Below, piece after piece: positions 23,482 to 31,059 of a stretch of DNA of 39,918 bases (positions are counted from its first letter, which is position 1; each line of letters opens with the position of its first letter). Below the pieces are notes generated by a model. The model did no database searches. It had not been told where the DNA came from and saw nothing but the letters and a program-made list of their open reading frames with translations. Origin of the DNA: a virus. The stretch covers positions 1 to 39,918 of the IMG/VR virus record IMGVR_UViG_3300017991_000034; one strand, written 5' to 3'. A program made the translations under genes and the position numbers.

Positions 23482-24783
23482 TTACAAAGAAAGATAATCT
23501 TTTAAGAATTTAGTCCAGTAAGTATTTTTAGAAAAGTTAGTATTTAAGTACGAGTCATGAATATCCCTGGTTGGAAAATAAATAGATATGCCATTAGCAT
23601 TACATAATCCATGACACTTAACGTTCTTGATAATACTATCTTTTATAATAACAATACCTTTTCTTATTAGATACTCAAGAAGTACTATTCCGGTATTATT
23701 TTCTACACTATCTTCAATTATGGAGAAAGTTTCCAATAAGCTAGAATAGAAATGATACAAATCAATGTAATTCTTATTTATAAATGAAGTAGTTAGATTA
23801 TTGCTATTCCTTATAACCTTTAAAGCATTCATGTACATATTCTTGTCAGATCTTTCAAATAGAAGAATTAAAGCTTCGGCTATTTCATTTATATTAGCTT
23901 CTAATTTAACGTGGTTTTCAAGATCAATTGCCGAAAGCGTATATCCAATGTACGTATTTTGATAAGTATTTTTATATGAAGTAACTATATGTTTAGATAG
24001 ATCTTTTGGAGTAAAGGTTTGCGTTTTAAAGCTATCTAAAATCAAATCATACTTCCATCCTGTAGCAGGTTCTACTTCCTGAGAACCTATCATAATACTT
24101 ACAAAATCTTTTACCTGAGAGCCTATTTCTACCATAGACATAAAGCAGGCATCCATGCCTAAAATATCTAATTTCTTTCTATTTAATAAATTATTATAAA
24201 CTCTGTGCATGCAGCTATATAAATCATAATTCGTTAAATAGGTTTGGAAGACCTCATTAAATCCTATACCTTTGCTATCGACCAGCTTACGATTAAGTTC
24301 TATAAACCCAGTCTTTTTATTTAATATAAATATATCATGCGGATAACTAATACTAAGCTTGCCAAAAACATGTGGATCTTCTATACCAGATCCGTGATCC
24401 CATAAGATTAAAGCATTATGATGAGCAGGAAAGTTAGTTATAGCCCATTCTACAAATCTATAAAGATTTTCTTGCGTTCCGCTTGTACTTTGATAATTAT
24501 TAGACTGAACATCCAGTAAAACAGGAGCATCTTTATTAATTAAATACCTACAAGCTTCATTTTTTCCATGACTATCCACCTGAATCAAAATATTTACATT
24601 ATCATTAGACCCTACACTAATCATTTCATTAATATTTTTAACAGCAAAAGGTTCAAGGTCATTATTAGATACTAAATAAACTATGAAATTCCAATCCTTA
24701 ACTTGGGCCTTAGTGTCAGTAGCAAAAATTGAACAGTTAAATATAAATACTACAAATAATAAAATAGCTCTTAAAAAGACCAT
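23482..24783 (-). CDS. Secreted or signal-anchored clostripain-like (peptidase family C11) cysteine peptidase (433 aa from the ATG at 24783)
   Basis: SD AAGGAGG-N4-ATG at 24783. The hydrophobic N-terminus is FLRAILLFVVFIFNCSIFA. The His motif is NALILWDHGSG and the Cys motif is LDILGMDACFMSMVEIG, in the order and spacing typical of the C11 His/Cys dyad. Confidence 0.6.
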   Translation of the reverse strand: MVFLRAILLFVVFIFNCSIFATDTKAQVKDWNFIVYLVSNNDLEPFAVKNINEMISVGSNDNVNILIQVDSHGKNEACRYLINKDAPVLLDVQSNNYQSTSGTQENLYRFVEWAITNFPAHHNALILWDHGSGIEDPHVFGKLSISYPHDIFILNKKTGFIELNRKLVDSKGIGFNEVFQTYLTNYDLYSCMHRVYNNLLNRKKLDILGMDACFMSMVEIGSQVKDFVSIMIGSQEVEPATGWKYDLILDSFKTQTFTPKDLSKHIVTSYKNTYQNTYIGYTLSAIDLENHVKLEANINEIAEALILLFERSDKNMYMNALKVIRNSNNLTTSFINKNYIDLYHFYSSLLETFSIIEDSVENNTGIVLLEYLIRKGIVIIKDSIIKNVKCHGLCNANGISIYFPTRDIHDSYLNTNFSKNTYWTKFLKDYLSL

Positions 24784-24806
24784 AAAGCCTCCTTTACCAC
24801 CAAATA

Positions 24807-24989
24807 TCAATCACTAATCTTATCCAAAGGGACACTAATATCTACATCCACATCTACAATATCACTATCAATATCAACCTCATAAGTAACAGTATTCTCC
24901 TTTTTATCATGCTTAAAAGATGTATCCATAGTACACCCGCAATAAAAACTTATATAAAAAAGACAAAAAAATAGAAACCATTTATTCAT
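24807..24989 (-). CDS. Small secreted or lipoprotein-like protein (60 aa) with an acidic mature part
   Basis: Strong SD GGGAGG. The N-terminus is MNKWFLFFCLFYISFYCGC (signal-like, Cys after Gly; the lipobox is not canonical). Confidence 0.5.
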   Translation of the reverse strand: MNKWFLFFCLFYISFYCGCTMDTSFKHDKKENTVTYEVDIDSDIVDVDVDISVPLDKISD

Positions 24990-25069
24990 AAGACCTCCCT
25001 GTCTTAAATGGGTTAAAAATACCTACACATTAATATATAAAATTATTAACAAACAACTCAATATTAAGT

Positions 25070-25097
25070 TTGATATTTGAATTCCATATGATATAAT
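25070..25097 (+). promoter_or_regulatory. Sigma70-like extended -10 promoter of the plus-strand secreted-protein unit
   Basis: TTGATA-N16-TATAAT, with TG one nt upstream of the -10 box (TGaTATAAT). Confidence 0.5.
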
Positions 25098-25134
25098 TTC
25101 TTCTTGTACTTTTTATTTAACTACTAAAATATTC

Positions 25135-25151
25135 AAGGAGAAACAATGTAA
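25135..25151 (+). promoter_or_regulatory. Start-stop mini-ORF (AAGGAG-N5-ATG-TAA) in the leader
   Basis: Read directly: aaggagaaacaATGTAA, 75 nt upstream of the 25226 start. Confidence 0.4.
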
Positions 25152-25225
25152 CTATATATTTTTCTATAAGAAATACAAAGTGTCGTAATATTTATAAATA
25201 ATTTCATATAAGAGAGAAGAGATTT

Positions 25226-25852
25226 ATGTTTAAGAAAATATATAAATTTATCTTATTACTACTATTAAGTAGCAGCACTTTAAGTTCCATGGAAATAAAA
25301 GAGCCGTTCTTGGTAAAACCAGAAAGACTTAAAGATGTAAGGATATTTCACAACGATCGCGGTTTCTTTGCCGAACATAATAATATTGTATCCCCAATAC
25401 AAAATGCTTTTGTAGATCAAGAGTTAAGAAACCTAACGGATGAAAGATTAGGTTATTTACTGGGCATAATACAAAATGTTCAAATAGAAGGTAAAGTATA
25501 TACTTTCTACAAGATTATGAATGTGCCAGAAGAAACCGCTGTAAGAGAGTTAGATAACCTAGTAAGGGTACATGTAGATAATTCCCTCTTTAATTTTTCT
25601 AATTACATTAAAGTATCAGAATTATCTAACGGTGAATTATGCTTGCATTTCAAGGTTAGACTTCCAGGTGGTGGACCATTACTTGGAAATATAGCTTATT
25701 GGGTAGTAAGCGGAACAGGACAAACACTCTTAACAGTCTTAGATGCACTCAGCGGCGGCGCAACTGTCCCTGTAACAGTTGGAGCTAGAACTATAGTACA
25801 AGCTAGCGCATTAGTAATAGGTACAGTTGCAGCAGGAACACCAACCCCATAA
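25226..25852 (+). CDS. Secreted protein, paralog A (208 aa), with a Gly/Ala/Thr/Val-rich hydrophobic C-terminus
   Basis: The signal peptide is MFKKIYKFILLLLLSSSTLSS. Blocks shared with paralog B are EIKEPF, RLPGGGP and AYWV. Confidence 0.65.
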   Translation: MFKKIYKFILLLLLSSSTLSSMEIKEPFLVKPERLKDVRIFHNDRGFFAEHNNIVSPIQNAFVDQELRNLTDERLGYLLGIIQNVQIEGKVYTFYKIMNVPEETAVRELDNLVRVHVDNSLFNFSNYIKVSELSNGELCLHFKVRLPGGGPLLGNIAYWVVSGTGQTLLTVLDALSGGATVPVTVGARTIVQASALVIGTVAAGTPTP

Positions 25853-25866
25853 AGAAAGAATAAAAA

Positions 25867-26694
25867 ATGTTTAAAAAAACAATATTAAGTTTAATAACAA
25901 TATCTGCATTTGCTTTAAATACAGCAAAACCTGTTGAAATAAAAAAGCCTTTTATATTCAGCAAAGAATCTGCTGGAAACATAAAATTACATCATGAAAG
26001 AAATAAATTTTATGTTGAGAAGGACGATAACTTAATCGAAGTAAGCGGTGCTTTTATAAGTTGCCCAATAAGAAATATAGATACTAATACTTTACTTCAT
26101 ATGCTAGGAATTAAAAAGCTAGTAAGCGTAAAAGGGATGTCTCTAGTATTTGAAAGAATAGAAGACATTAGAAAAGTAGATACGAATCTTTTAAAAAATA
26201 AGCCTATAATCGGATTCACAGAAGAAGAAACTGAAGAAATAACAAAACAGTTAGAAAATACTACTAGCTACATAGAGATAATTCAGTTAGATGAAAATGA
26301 ATATGCTTTAAACCTTAAACACAGACTATGCGGTGGTGGACCAGTAAGTGGATTCGTTGCTTACTGGGTAACAAAAGTATTTTGTTACGGAACTGCAGCA
26401 GCTGCTTTGACTACAGCCACAGTAGGTACATGCGGAGCTGCCGGGGCTGTGGCAGGCGGAGCAGCCGCAGCAGCAGGCGCAGGAGCAGCAGCCGCAATTG
26501 GATCTGGAACTGCAGCTACAGTTGCAGGAATAGGTGGAGCTATGGTGGCAGGTGGCTCTGCTGCAGCTGCAGGTGGAGCAGCAGTAGCAACCGGAGCAGT
26601 TCTTGCTAGTGGAGTTTCAACTGCAGTAGCAGCTGTTGAAACTGGATCTACAGCTGTTGGTTTATTTTTTACAGCAATTCCTTTTTTACCATAG
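25867..26694 (+). CDS. Secreted protein, paralog B (275 aa), with a ~110-aa Gly/Ala-rich (glycine-zipper-like) C-terminus
   Basis: The signal peptide is MFKKTILSLITISAFALNTA. The shared blocks are EIKKPF, RLCGGGP and AYWV. The tail GTAAAALTTATVGTCGAAGAVAGGAAAAAGAGAAAAIGSG... forms a local GC-rich island at 26390..26660. Confidence 0.65.
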   Translation: MFKKTILSLITISAFALNTAKPVEIKKPFIFSKESAGNIKLHHERNKFYVEKDDNLIEVSGAFISCPIRNIDTNTLLHMLGIKKLVSVKGMSLVFERIEDIRKVDTNLLKNKPIIGFTEEETEEITKQLENTTSYIEIIQLDENEYALNLKHRLCGGGPVSGFVAYWVTKVFCYGTAAAALTTATVGTCGAAGAVAGGAAAAAGAGAAAAIGSGTAATVAGIGGAMVAGGSAAAAGGAAVATGAVLASGVSTAVAAVETGSTAVGLFFTAIPFLP

Positions 26695-26700
26695 TAAGAA

Positions 26701-26817
26701 ATGATAGAAATAATAAATGAACTTCTAAATTACTTTTTTGGTGGCTATTTTGGATACACATTTATGACGTATCTTATAGACTGGTATGCCGATAGAAAAA
26801 AGGGAAACAATGATTAA
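26701..26817 (+). CDS. Micro-protein (38 aa: MIEIINELLNYFFGGYFGYTFMTYLIDWYADRKKGNND), aromatic and hydrophobic
   Basis: The ATG lies 6 nt after the paralog B stop. It is not in the ORF track. Confidence 0.35.
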   Translation: MIEIINELLNYFFGGYFGYTFMTYLIDWYADRKKGNND

Positions 26818-26926
26818 TTTGAATTGCCCTGGAATGGTTATGTCTGCAGCAAGAATGATATGTTTTATTCTTTCTCTAGTTGTAGCTAAAAAAGTAATTA
26901 AGTTCTATAAAAACAAAATAAAATAA
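26810..26926 (+). CDS. Micro-protein (38 aa: MINLNCPGMVMSAARMICFILSLVVAKKVIKFYKNKIK), one TM plus a basic tail
   Basis: SD AAGGGAAA precedes the ATG. It overlaps the previous micro-ORF (ATGATTAA). It is followed by the terminator hairpin. Confidence 0.4.
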   Translation: MINLNCPGMVMSAARMICFILSLVVAKKVIKFYKNKIK

Positions 26927-26939
26927 ACACACAGCAAAA

Positions 26940-26961
26940 GGGGGGACTATGTAGTCCCTCC
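26940..26961. terminator. Hairpin between the convergent plus-strand unit and TerL (bidirectional terminator candidate)
   Basis: GGGGGGACUA-UG-UAGUCCCUCC gives a stem of about 9 bp. On the minus strand it is followed by CUUUUG. Confidence 0.5.
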
Positions 26962-27030
26962 CAAAGAACAAATAGGCTGTTCTGCAAAAAGGCTTTGCTT
27001 TATAATAATATAATAATTGTAACTAGAGTG

Positions 27031-30000
27031 CTACCTGAAAAAAGAAGGAATATCTTCATCTCCGTATACAGCAGATCTATATCTCTTCTCAAGTTCTTCG
27101 GCCGATAGACCATCTCTTGTCTTTGGTAATGAAATACATAAGTATCTGAGAGCGTCACAATTAGAAACAAGATACCCGTTAATATAATAACAGTTGTCTC
27201 TTTCAACTGTTAAATCGTATACCTCTTTTGGTGTATCTACTTGATATAATTCCACACTTCTTACCACATGTTTTCTTGATAGAATATTTATTACATTCAA
27301 ACTCTTTATTGCAAATAATACAAAGCCTTTTTTCAAAATCGAGACGAGCCAGGACCCTGGACTTAGTCTTACATTTATTGCTGCAGTATTTTTGCCAAGC
27401 CTGTTTCCCTTGGTACTCCTTTTTGCAAACAACACAAGTTTTCTTGTATTTAATATTCCTACAAGACGGGAGAGAAGTTTGAGCATGCTCCTTATGCCAG
27501 CGCCTTCCTTCTTCGCTACAATGCCATTCTTTAGCTTTCGCGTTTTGTGAACGCAACAAGTTTTTACATTCGTCTGATTGACTCCAAGAACCTGGCCTGG
27601 TTGCATGCCTATGCCCGTGCTCAAATCTCGTAAGCAGCTCAAGGTTTGATATCTCATTATTTTTGGCATTTCCGTCCCTGTGATGAACGACGTAGCCTTT
27701 CGGTATAGGGCCTTTATTTTTCTCCCAAATGTGTCTTTGAAGTGTAGTATGCACGCTTTTACCCGCATAAGAAGTTCCATTACTCTGGAACATTCTTCCT
27801 GAGCCCCCCATGTAGTATTTTGAGGCATTCCATCTATAAATGTACCCATTAAACATGACTTGTTTCTCGTCTTCAGAGATAAGATAGTCTTCTTGAATCC
27901 TTTTGAATCTTGTTCCGCGATATAATATCCAAATATCTTTTTCCATAAATAGTTCCTAAATTTACTAAATGGTTCCAATATGTCACCATATCGCAAACTA
28001 TCAGCATAAGTCAATCCTTCTTGAGTAAATATTTGATGCTCTGGAGTACATTTTATTTTTTTGTTTATTAAACACAACTTTCTTGCATATCTTTTATGTT
28101 TTTTTAAAACTTTTCTTATACCTAAAGGTGTTATAACTTCATCACCTTCCCGTATATCTTTAATAGCTATATTTCCGGATGGAGTTAAAACTTGCATCTC
28201 ACCAGTAAAACAAAAATGGCTGTAAATATCATGAAGCGGCCTAGGCTTATAAACCTTCTTCTTAGAGTCGTATTCTTGCCTATAGTTATTTATGGCTTTA
28301 ATTAACGACTGACATTTAGTTTCATCAATCCATATCTTAGAGAAAGCAGAGCGAACGGATTCTATGCCATCTTCAATAGAAATACTAGGAGCAACCGTAA
28401 ATTTTATTCCTAAATTCTTAGCTTTTTCTAGTCTGGTCATACCTGAACCAAATTCTTTTACTTTAATATCATGAGGAGCTATATGCTTACCATAGATATA
28501 GTCTTTTTGAGCTAAGATTTTAACGTAGTGCTCTAGACCTTCTTTATTTTTTTCATAGCAGTCTATAATTCTTACTGTTTGCCCTATTGTCTGAAAGAAA
28601 ATGATACATGTTGAATCTCTTACTCCTAGATCCCAAGCAGTATGAACTTTAAATCCTGGCTCATAAGGAACCATCCCCAGTTGATTGTTAAGTTTCATCT
28701 TGTCTAAATACTTAGCGTAATAAGCACCCTCAACACCTAAGCTAAACGAACAGTAGTATTCCTGTTGAATTAGATCTTCAGACATCAATCCTTCTTCTCG
28801 TTCCTTTTCTATTTCTCTATAGGGAATATGTCTTGTATCTTCAAGGGTAAGATGATAGGCGAACCAATCTGGGCTATTCTTGGCCACTTGATACAGTTCC
28901 CAGAAGTTGTTCTTGCCACGAGGCGTATTGTGACTAATAAAGCCGTTACTGAAGAAGGAGTGCGTGGATGGTATGACGAAATCGTACACTTCGGATTCTG
29001 ATGCTTCAATAGATTGAACAGGAGAATAAAATAAATTCTCTTTAATTAAGGATTTTAAATACACACTATCATATTTTATTATCAATTTTTTTATTAATCT
29101 ACGAGATATGCGTGACGCATTAGCTATTTCTTTTTTTAAATACTTAAAGTCTAATTTTGAAGGATTTACTGGGTAAACGTTTCCAGATTCTTTTTTAACA
29201 TTGTTAGGAATAAACTTACAGTTTACCTGTTTTCTTTTTAATCTAAATCCTATTTGCGTATAAAATATGTGTGCAAAATATCCAGTTATTTCTAGGTTAT
29301 AAATTGTACTATGCGCCTTCACTTTTTTAGTAGGCTCTTTCTCTTCCTTTCTGATAGAAGATGCTATTCCGAAGTTTAATAAAACTATTTGAAGGTCTCG
29401 AATAAATTTCTTACACGCAGATGTAATCTTTATATATCCACACTTAGAAGGATTTGAATTACTTGTGCCGTCGCCATCAAAAAGACCTTGTAAGAACGCT
29501 TTCAGCTGGGCTCTAGTACATTCAAATAATTTATCTGGAAATGTTTTATTTTTAGCACCATGCCTAAATCCAAGCCATTCCAAAAGTAAACAAAATGTTC
29601 GCGAATTAAAGTTATGGTGTATACCATCTTTAAAAGTAGTAAATCTATTAGAGCGTAAGAATTTTATTATTTCAGGATCTTTTTTATTGGTAATAGTTAC
29701 CTTATTTTTATCGTAGCTTCCATCGGCATGAATAAGACCCAAAAGATAAAAGAAGTCTTTGTCACACGCTCTATCTTCTATTTCCCACCCAGAATGCGGA
29801 TGCTCCTTATGCTTAAACTTAGAAAAATACAATCCTTTTCCAAATACATTCTGTCCATATTGCACTGGAAATAAATCACCTACTTTAATATCAGAGGACT
29901 TCATCCACTCACAACCATTCCATAATGGATGTACAGGAGTACATTCTATTTCGTAACCAGAAGAAAGTTTTATTTTTAAAGTATTCTGATTACCACCAAA

Positions 30001-30633
30001 ATAAAAATCCGTAGCTTTGTTAAAACCATTCAAACCAAAAATAGGTTCATTTAGAGAAGAATATTCTTCTCTTGAATTAGATACCTTACTAATCCTTTTT
30101 AACCCATTTTCTGTTATCACTAATGTATTAGGAGAAACACACGAAATAAAAAGCGCCCATCCATCATTTGCTGCAAGAATAGGACGTATAAATTGATAAG
30201 CGCGTGGATCCTGTATTGCATACTCAGAAAATACGCACCCATAAGGGTTTGAGCCTACAAGGCTATCAATATTATCTGAACCAATAAGCTGTAAGATAGA
30301 CCCGTTAATAAAAGAAATCTTCATTTCCTGCGAATTCTTAGACATTATAAGCTCGTCTGGAATGAAGTCTGTAAACTTTTGACCCGAATTCGTAATTGAG
30401 TCCCAGATTACCTTCTTAGCTTGAGAGTATGTTGGGAATATATAATAGACAATGCAAATTTTCTTAATGCATTGTCTTATAGCTAAATTCCATGCAACAA
30501 TATCTTTACCTGCCCTTCTTGGCATAACTACAAGAATCTTTTTATATTCTTTGTTCTCTAGGGCATCAACTATTGGAATTTGGTATTTTCTTGGAGAAAA
30601 TTTATTTAATACTCTTCTTGTCTGATAGTTCAT
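27031..30633 (-). CDS. terL: Terminase large subunit precursor (1200 aa) containing two inteins; the mature extein product is about 444 aa
   Basis: Extein motifs: Walker A VVMPRRAGKD, Walker B GCVFSEYA, coupling motif ALFIS|TPRGKN, nuclease motifs HTAWDLGVRDST, IAPHD and YSHF|CDALRY. Confidence 0.9.
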   Translation of the reverse strand: MNYQTRRVLNKFSPRKYQIPIVDALENKEYKKILVVMPRRAGKDIVAWNLAIRQCIKKICIVYYIFPTYSQAKKVIWDSITNSGQKFTDFIPDELIMSKNSQEMKISFINGSILQLIGSDNIDSLVGSNPYGCVFSEYAIQDPRAYQFIRPILAANDGWALFISCVSPNTLVITENGLKRISKVSNSREEYSSLNEPIFGLNGFNKATDFYFGGNQNTLKIKLSSGYEIECTPVHPLWNGCEWMKSSDIKVGDLFPVQYGQNVFGKGLYFSKFKHKEHPHSGWEIEDRACDKDFFYLLGLIHADGSYDKNKVTITNKKDPEIIKFLRSNRFTTFKDGIHHNFNSRTFCLLLEWLGFRHGAKNKTFPDKLFECTRAQLKAFLQGLFDGDGTSNSNPSKCGYIKITSACKKFIRDLQIVLLNFGIASSIRKEEKEPTKKVKAHSTIYNLEITGYFAHIFYTQIGFRLKRKQVNCKFIPNNVKKESGNVYPVNPSKLDFKYLKKEIANASRISRRLIKKLIIKYDSVYLKSLIKENLFYSPVQSIEASESEVYDFVIPSTHSFFSNGFISHNTPRGKNNFWELYQVAKNSPDWFAYHLTLEDTRHIPYREIEKEREEGLMSEDLIQQEYYCSFSLGVEGAYYAKYLDKMKLNNQLGMVPYEPGFKVHTAWDLGVRDSTCIIFFQTIGQTVRIIDCYEKNKEGLEHYVKILAQKDYIYGKHIAPHDIKVKEFGSGMTRLEKAKNLGIKFTVAPSISIEDGIESVRSAFSKIWIDETKCQSLIKAINNYRQEYDSKKKVYKPRPLHDIYSHFCFTGEMQVLTPSGNIAIKDIREGDEVITPLGIRKVLKKHKRYARKLCLINKKIKCTPEHQIFTQEGLTYADSLRYGDILEPFSKFRNYLWKKIFGYYIAEQDSKGFKKTILSLKTRNKSCLMGTFIDGMPQNTTWGAQEECSRVMELLMRVKACILHFKDTFGRKIKALYRKATSFITGTEMPKIMRYQTLSCLRDLSTGIGMQPGQVLGVNQTNVKTCCVHKTRKLKNGIVAKKEGAGIRSMLKLLSRLVGILNTRKLVLFAKRSTKGNRLGKNTAAINVRLSPGSWLVSILKKGFVLFAIKSLNVINILSRKHVVRSVELYQVDTPKEVYDLTVERDNCYYINGYLVSNCDALRYLCISLPKTRDGLSAEELEKRYRSAVYGDEDIPSFFR
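27160..28212 (-). mobile_element. Intein 2 in TerL (351 aa, residues C808-N1158): a mini-intein scaffold whose linker is overprinted by an out-of-frame HNH gene
   Basis: It starts CFTGEMQVLTP. Block B is KCTPEHQIF. The C-terminal blocks are EVYDLTVERDNCYYINGYLVSN followed by +1 Cys. The penultimate residue is Ser, not His. It is inserted in the nuclease motif SHF/CDALRY. Confidence 0.75.
27203..27946 (-). CDS. HNH homing endonuclease (247 aa) encoded in the -1 (+2) frame inside intein 2
   Basis: It has its own AGGA-N7-ATG. The HNH motif is GYVVHHRDGNAKNNEISNLELLTRFEHGHRH. Two C-terminal zinc ribbons (CVVCKKEY...YCSNKC; CIICNKEF...TCGKKC) resemble those of the 7613..8443 HNH. Confidence 0.8.
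   Translation of the reverse strand: MEKDIWILYRGTRFKRIQEDYLISEDEKQVMFNGYIYRWNASKYYMGGSGRMFQSNGTSYAGKSVHTTLQRHIWEKNKGPIPKGYVVHHRDGNAKNNEISNLELLTRFEHGHRHATRPGSWSQSDECKNLLRSQNAKAKEWHCSEEGRRWHKEHAQTSLPSCRNIKYKKTCVVCKKEYQGKQAWQKYCSNKCKTKSRVLARLDFEKRLCIICNKEFECNKYSIKKTCGKKCGIISSRYTKRGIRFNS
28927..30141 (-). mobile_element. Intein 1 in TerL (405 aa, residues C165-N569) with a LAGLIDADG endonuclease domain
   Basis: It starts CVSPNTLV. Block B is CTPVHPLW. The LAGLIDADG motifs are LLGLIHADGS and LQGLFDGDGT. It ends FISHN followed by +1 Thr. It is inserted inside the ATPase coupling motif (IS/TP). Codons were checked at both junctions. Confidence 0.85.
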
Positions 30634-30829
30634 CTTTGACTGTCTTAGATCTTCTTGTTTTTGACATTTGTTTTTTCTTTTCTAGCTTTTCTACCCGTAT
30701 AATAAGATTCTCAAGCTGCTCAGAAAGATCAATCATAAAGCCATAATTAATCTTTTCTTTTTGACCTATTCTATAAACCTCGGTATCTAAATCTCCTTTA
30801 ATGAATTTTCTTATTGATTCTATCATCAT
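30602..30829 (-). CDS. Small coiled-coil protein (75 aa)
   Basis: ORF track, with SD GAGGAGG. Its 3' end overlaps the TerL start by 32 nt. Confidence 0.5.
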   Translation of the reverse strand: MMIESIRKFIKGDLDTEVYRIGQKEKINYGFMIDLSEQLENLIIRVEKLEKKKQMSKTRRSKTVKDELSDKKSIK

Positions 30830-31059
30830 TCCTCCTCATCAGTTAACTCGAACAGACCTTCTTTCACTTCTTCAATTATAACATTATTAATATTTTCTAG
30901 CTTTTTTTCAACCTCTTCCACACGTTCTAACAGTTTAAAAAGATCTCTCTTGGTTCTTTTTTCAAACTCTACAATATAATCAGACACCGCATTATTCAAT
31001 TCATTTAAGTATTTAAACTTAACTTCTATTTCTCTTTCTTTTTCAAATTTATTCTTCAT
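30826..31059 (-). CDS. Small acidic coiled-coil protein (77 aa)
   Basis: ORF track. Its ends overlap both neighbouring genes. Confidence 0.5.
   Translation of the reverse strand: MKNKFEKEREIEVKFKYLNELNNAVSDYIVEFEKRTKRDLFKLLERVEEVEKKLENINNVIIEEVKEGLFELTDEEE

Noticed and set aside
26328-26609. Arg/Ser-rich 93-aa ORF in the GC-rich island
   Set aside because: It is an alternative frame of the GCAGC-rich DNA that encodes the Gly/Ala tail of the 275-aa secreted protein. I also considered this GC-rich stretch as a possible repeat or CRISPR-like array, but it has no regular repeat-spacer structure.
27000-29956. Small ORFs overlapping terL (27000..27206, 27228..27482, 28809..29009, 29465..29716, 29759..29956)
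   Set aside because: They are embedded in or antisense to the TerL and intein coding sequence and show no motifs. Only the 27203..27946 ORF has independent support (HNH motif and its own SD).
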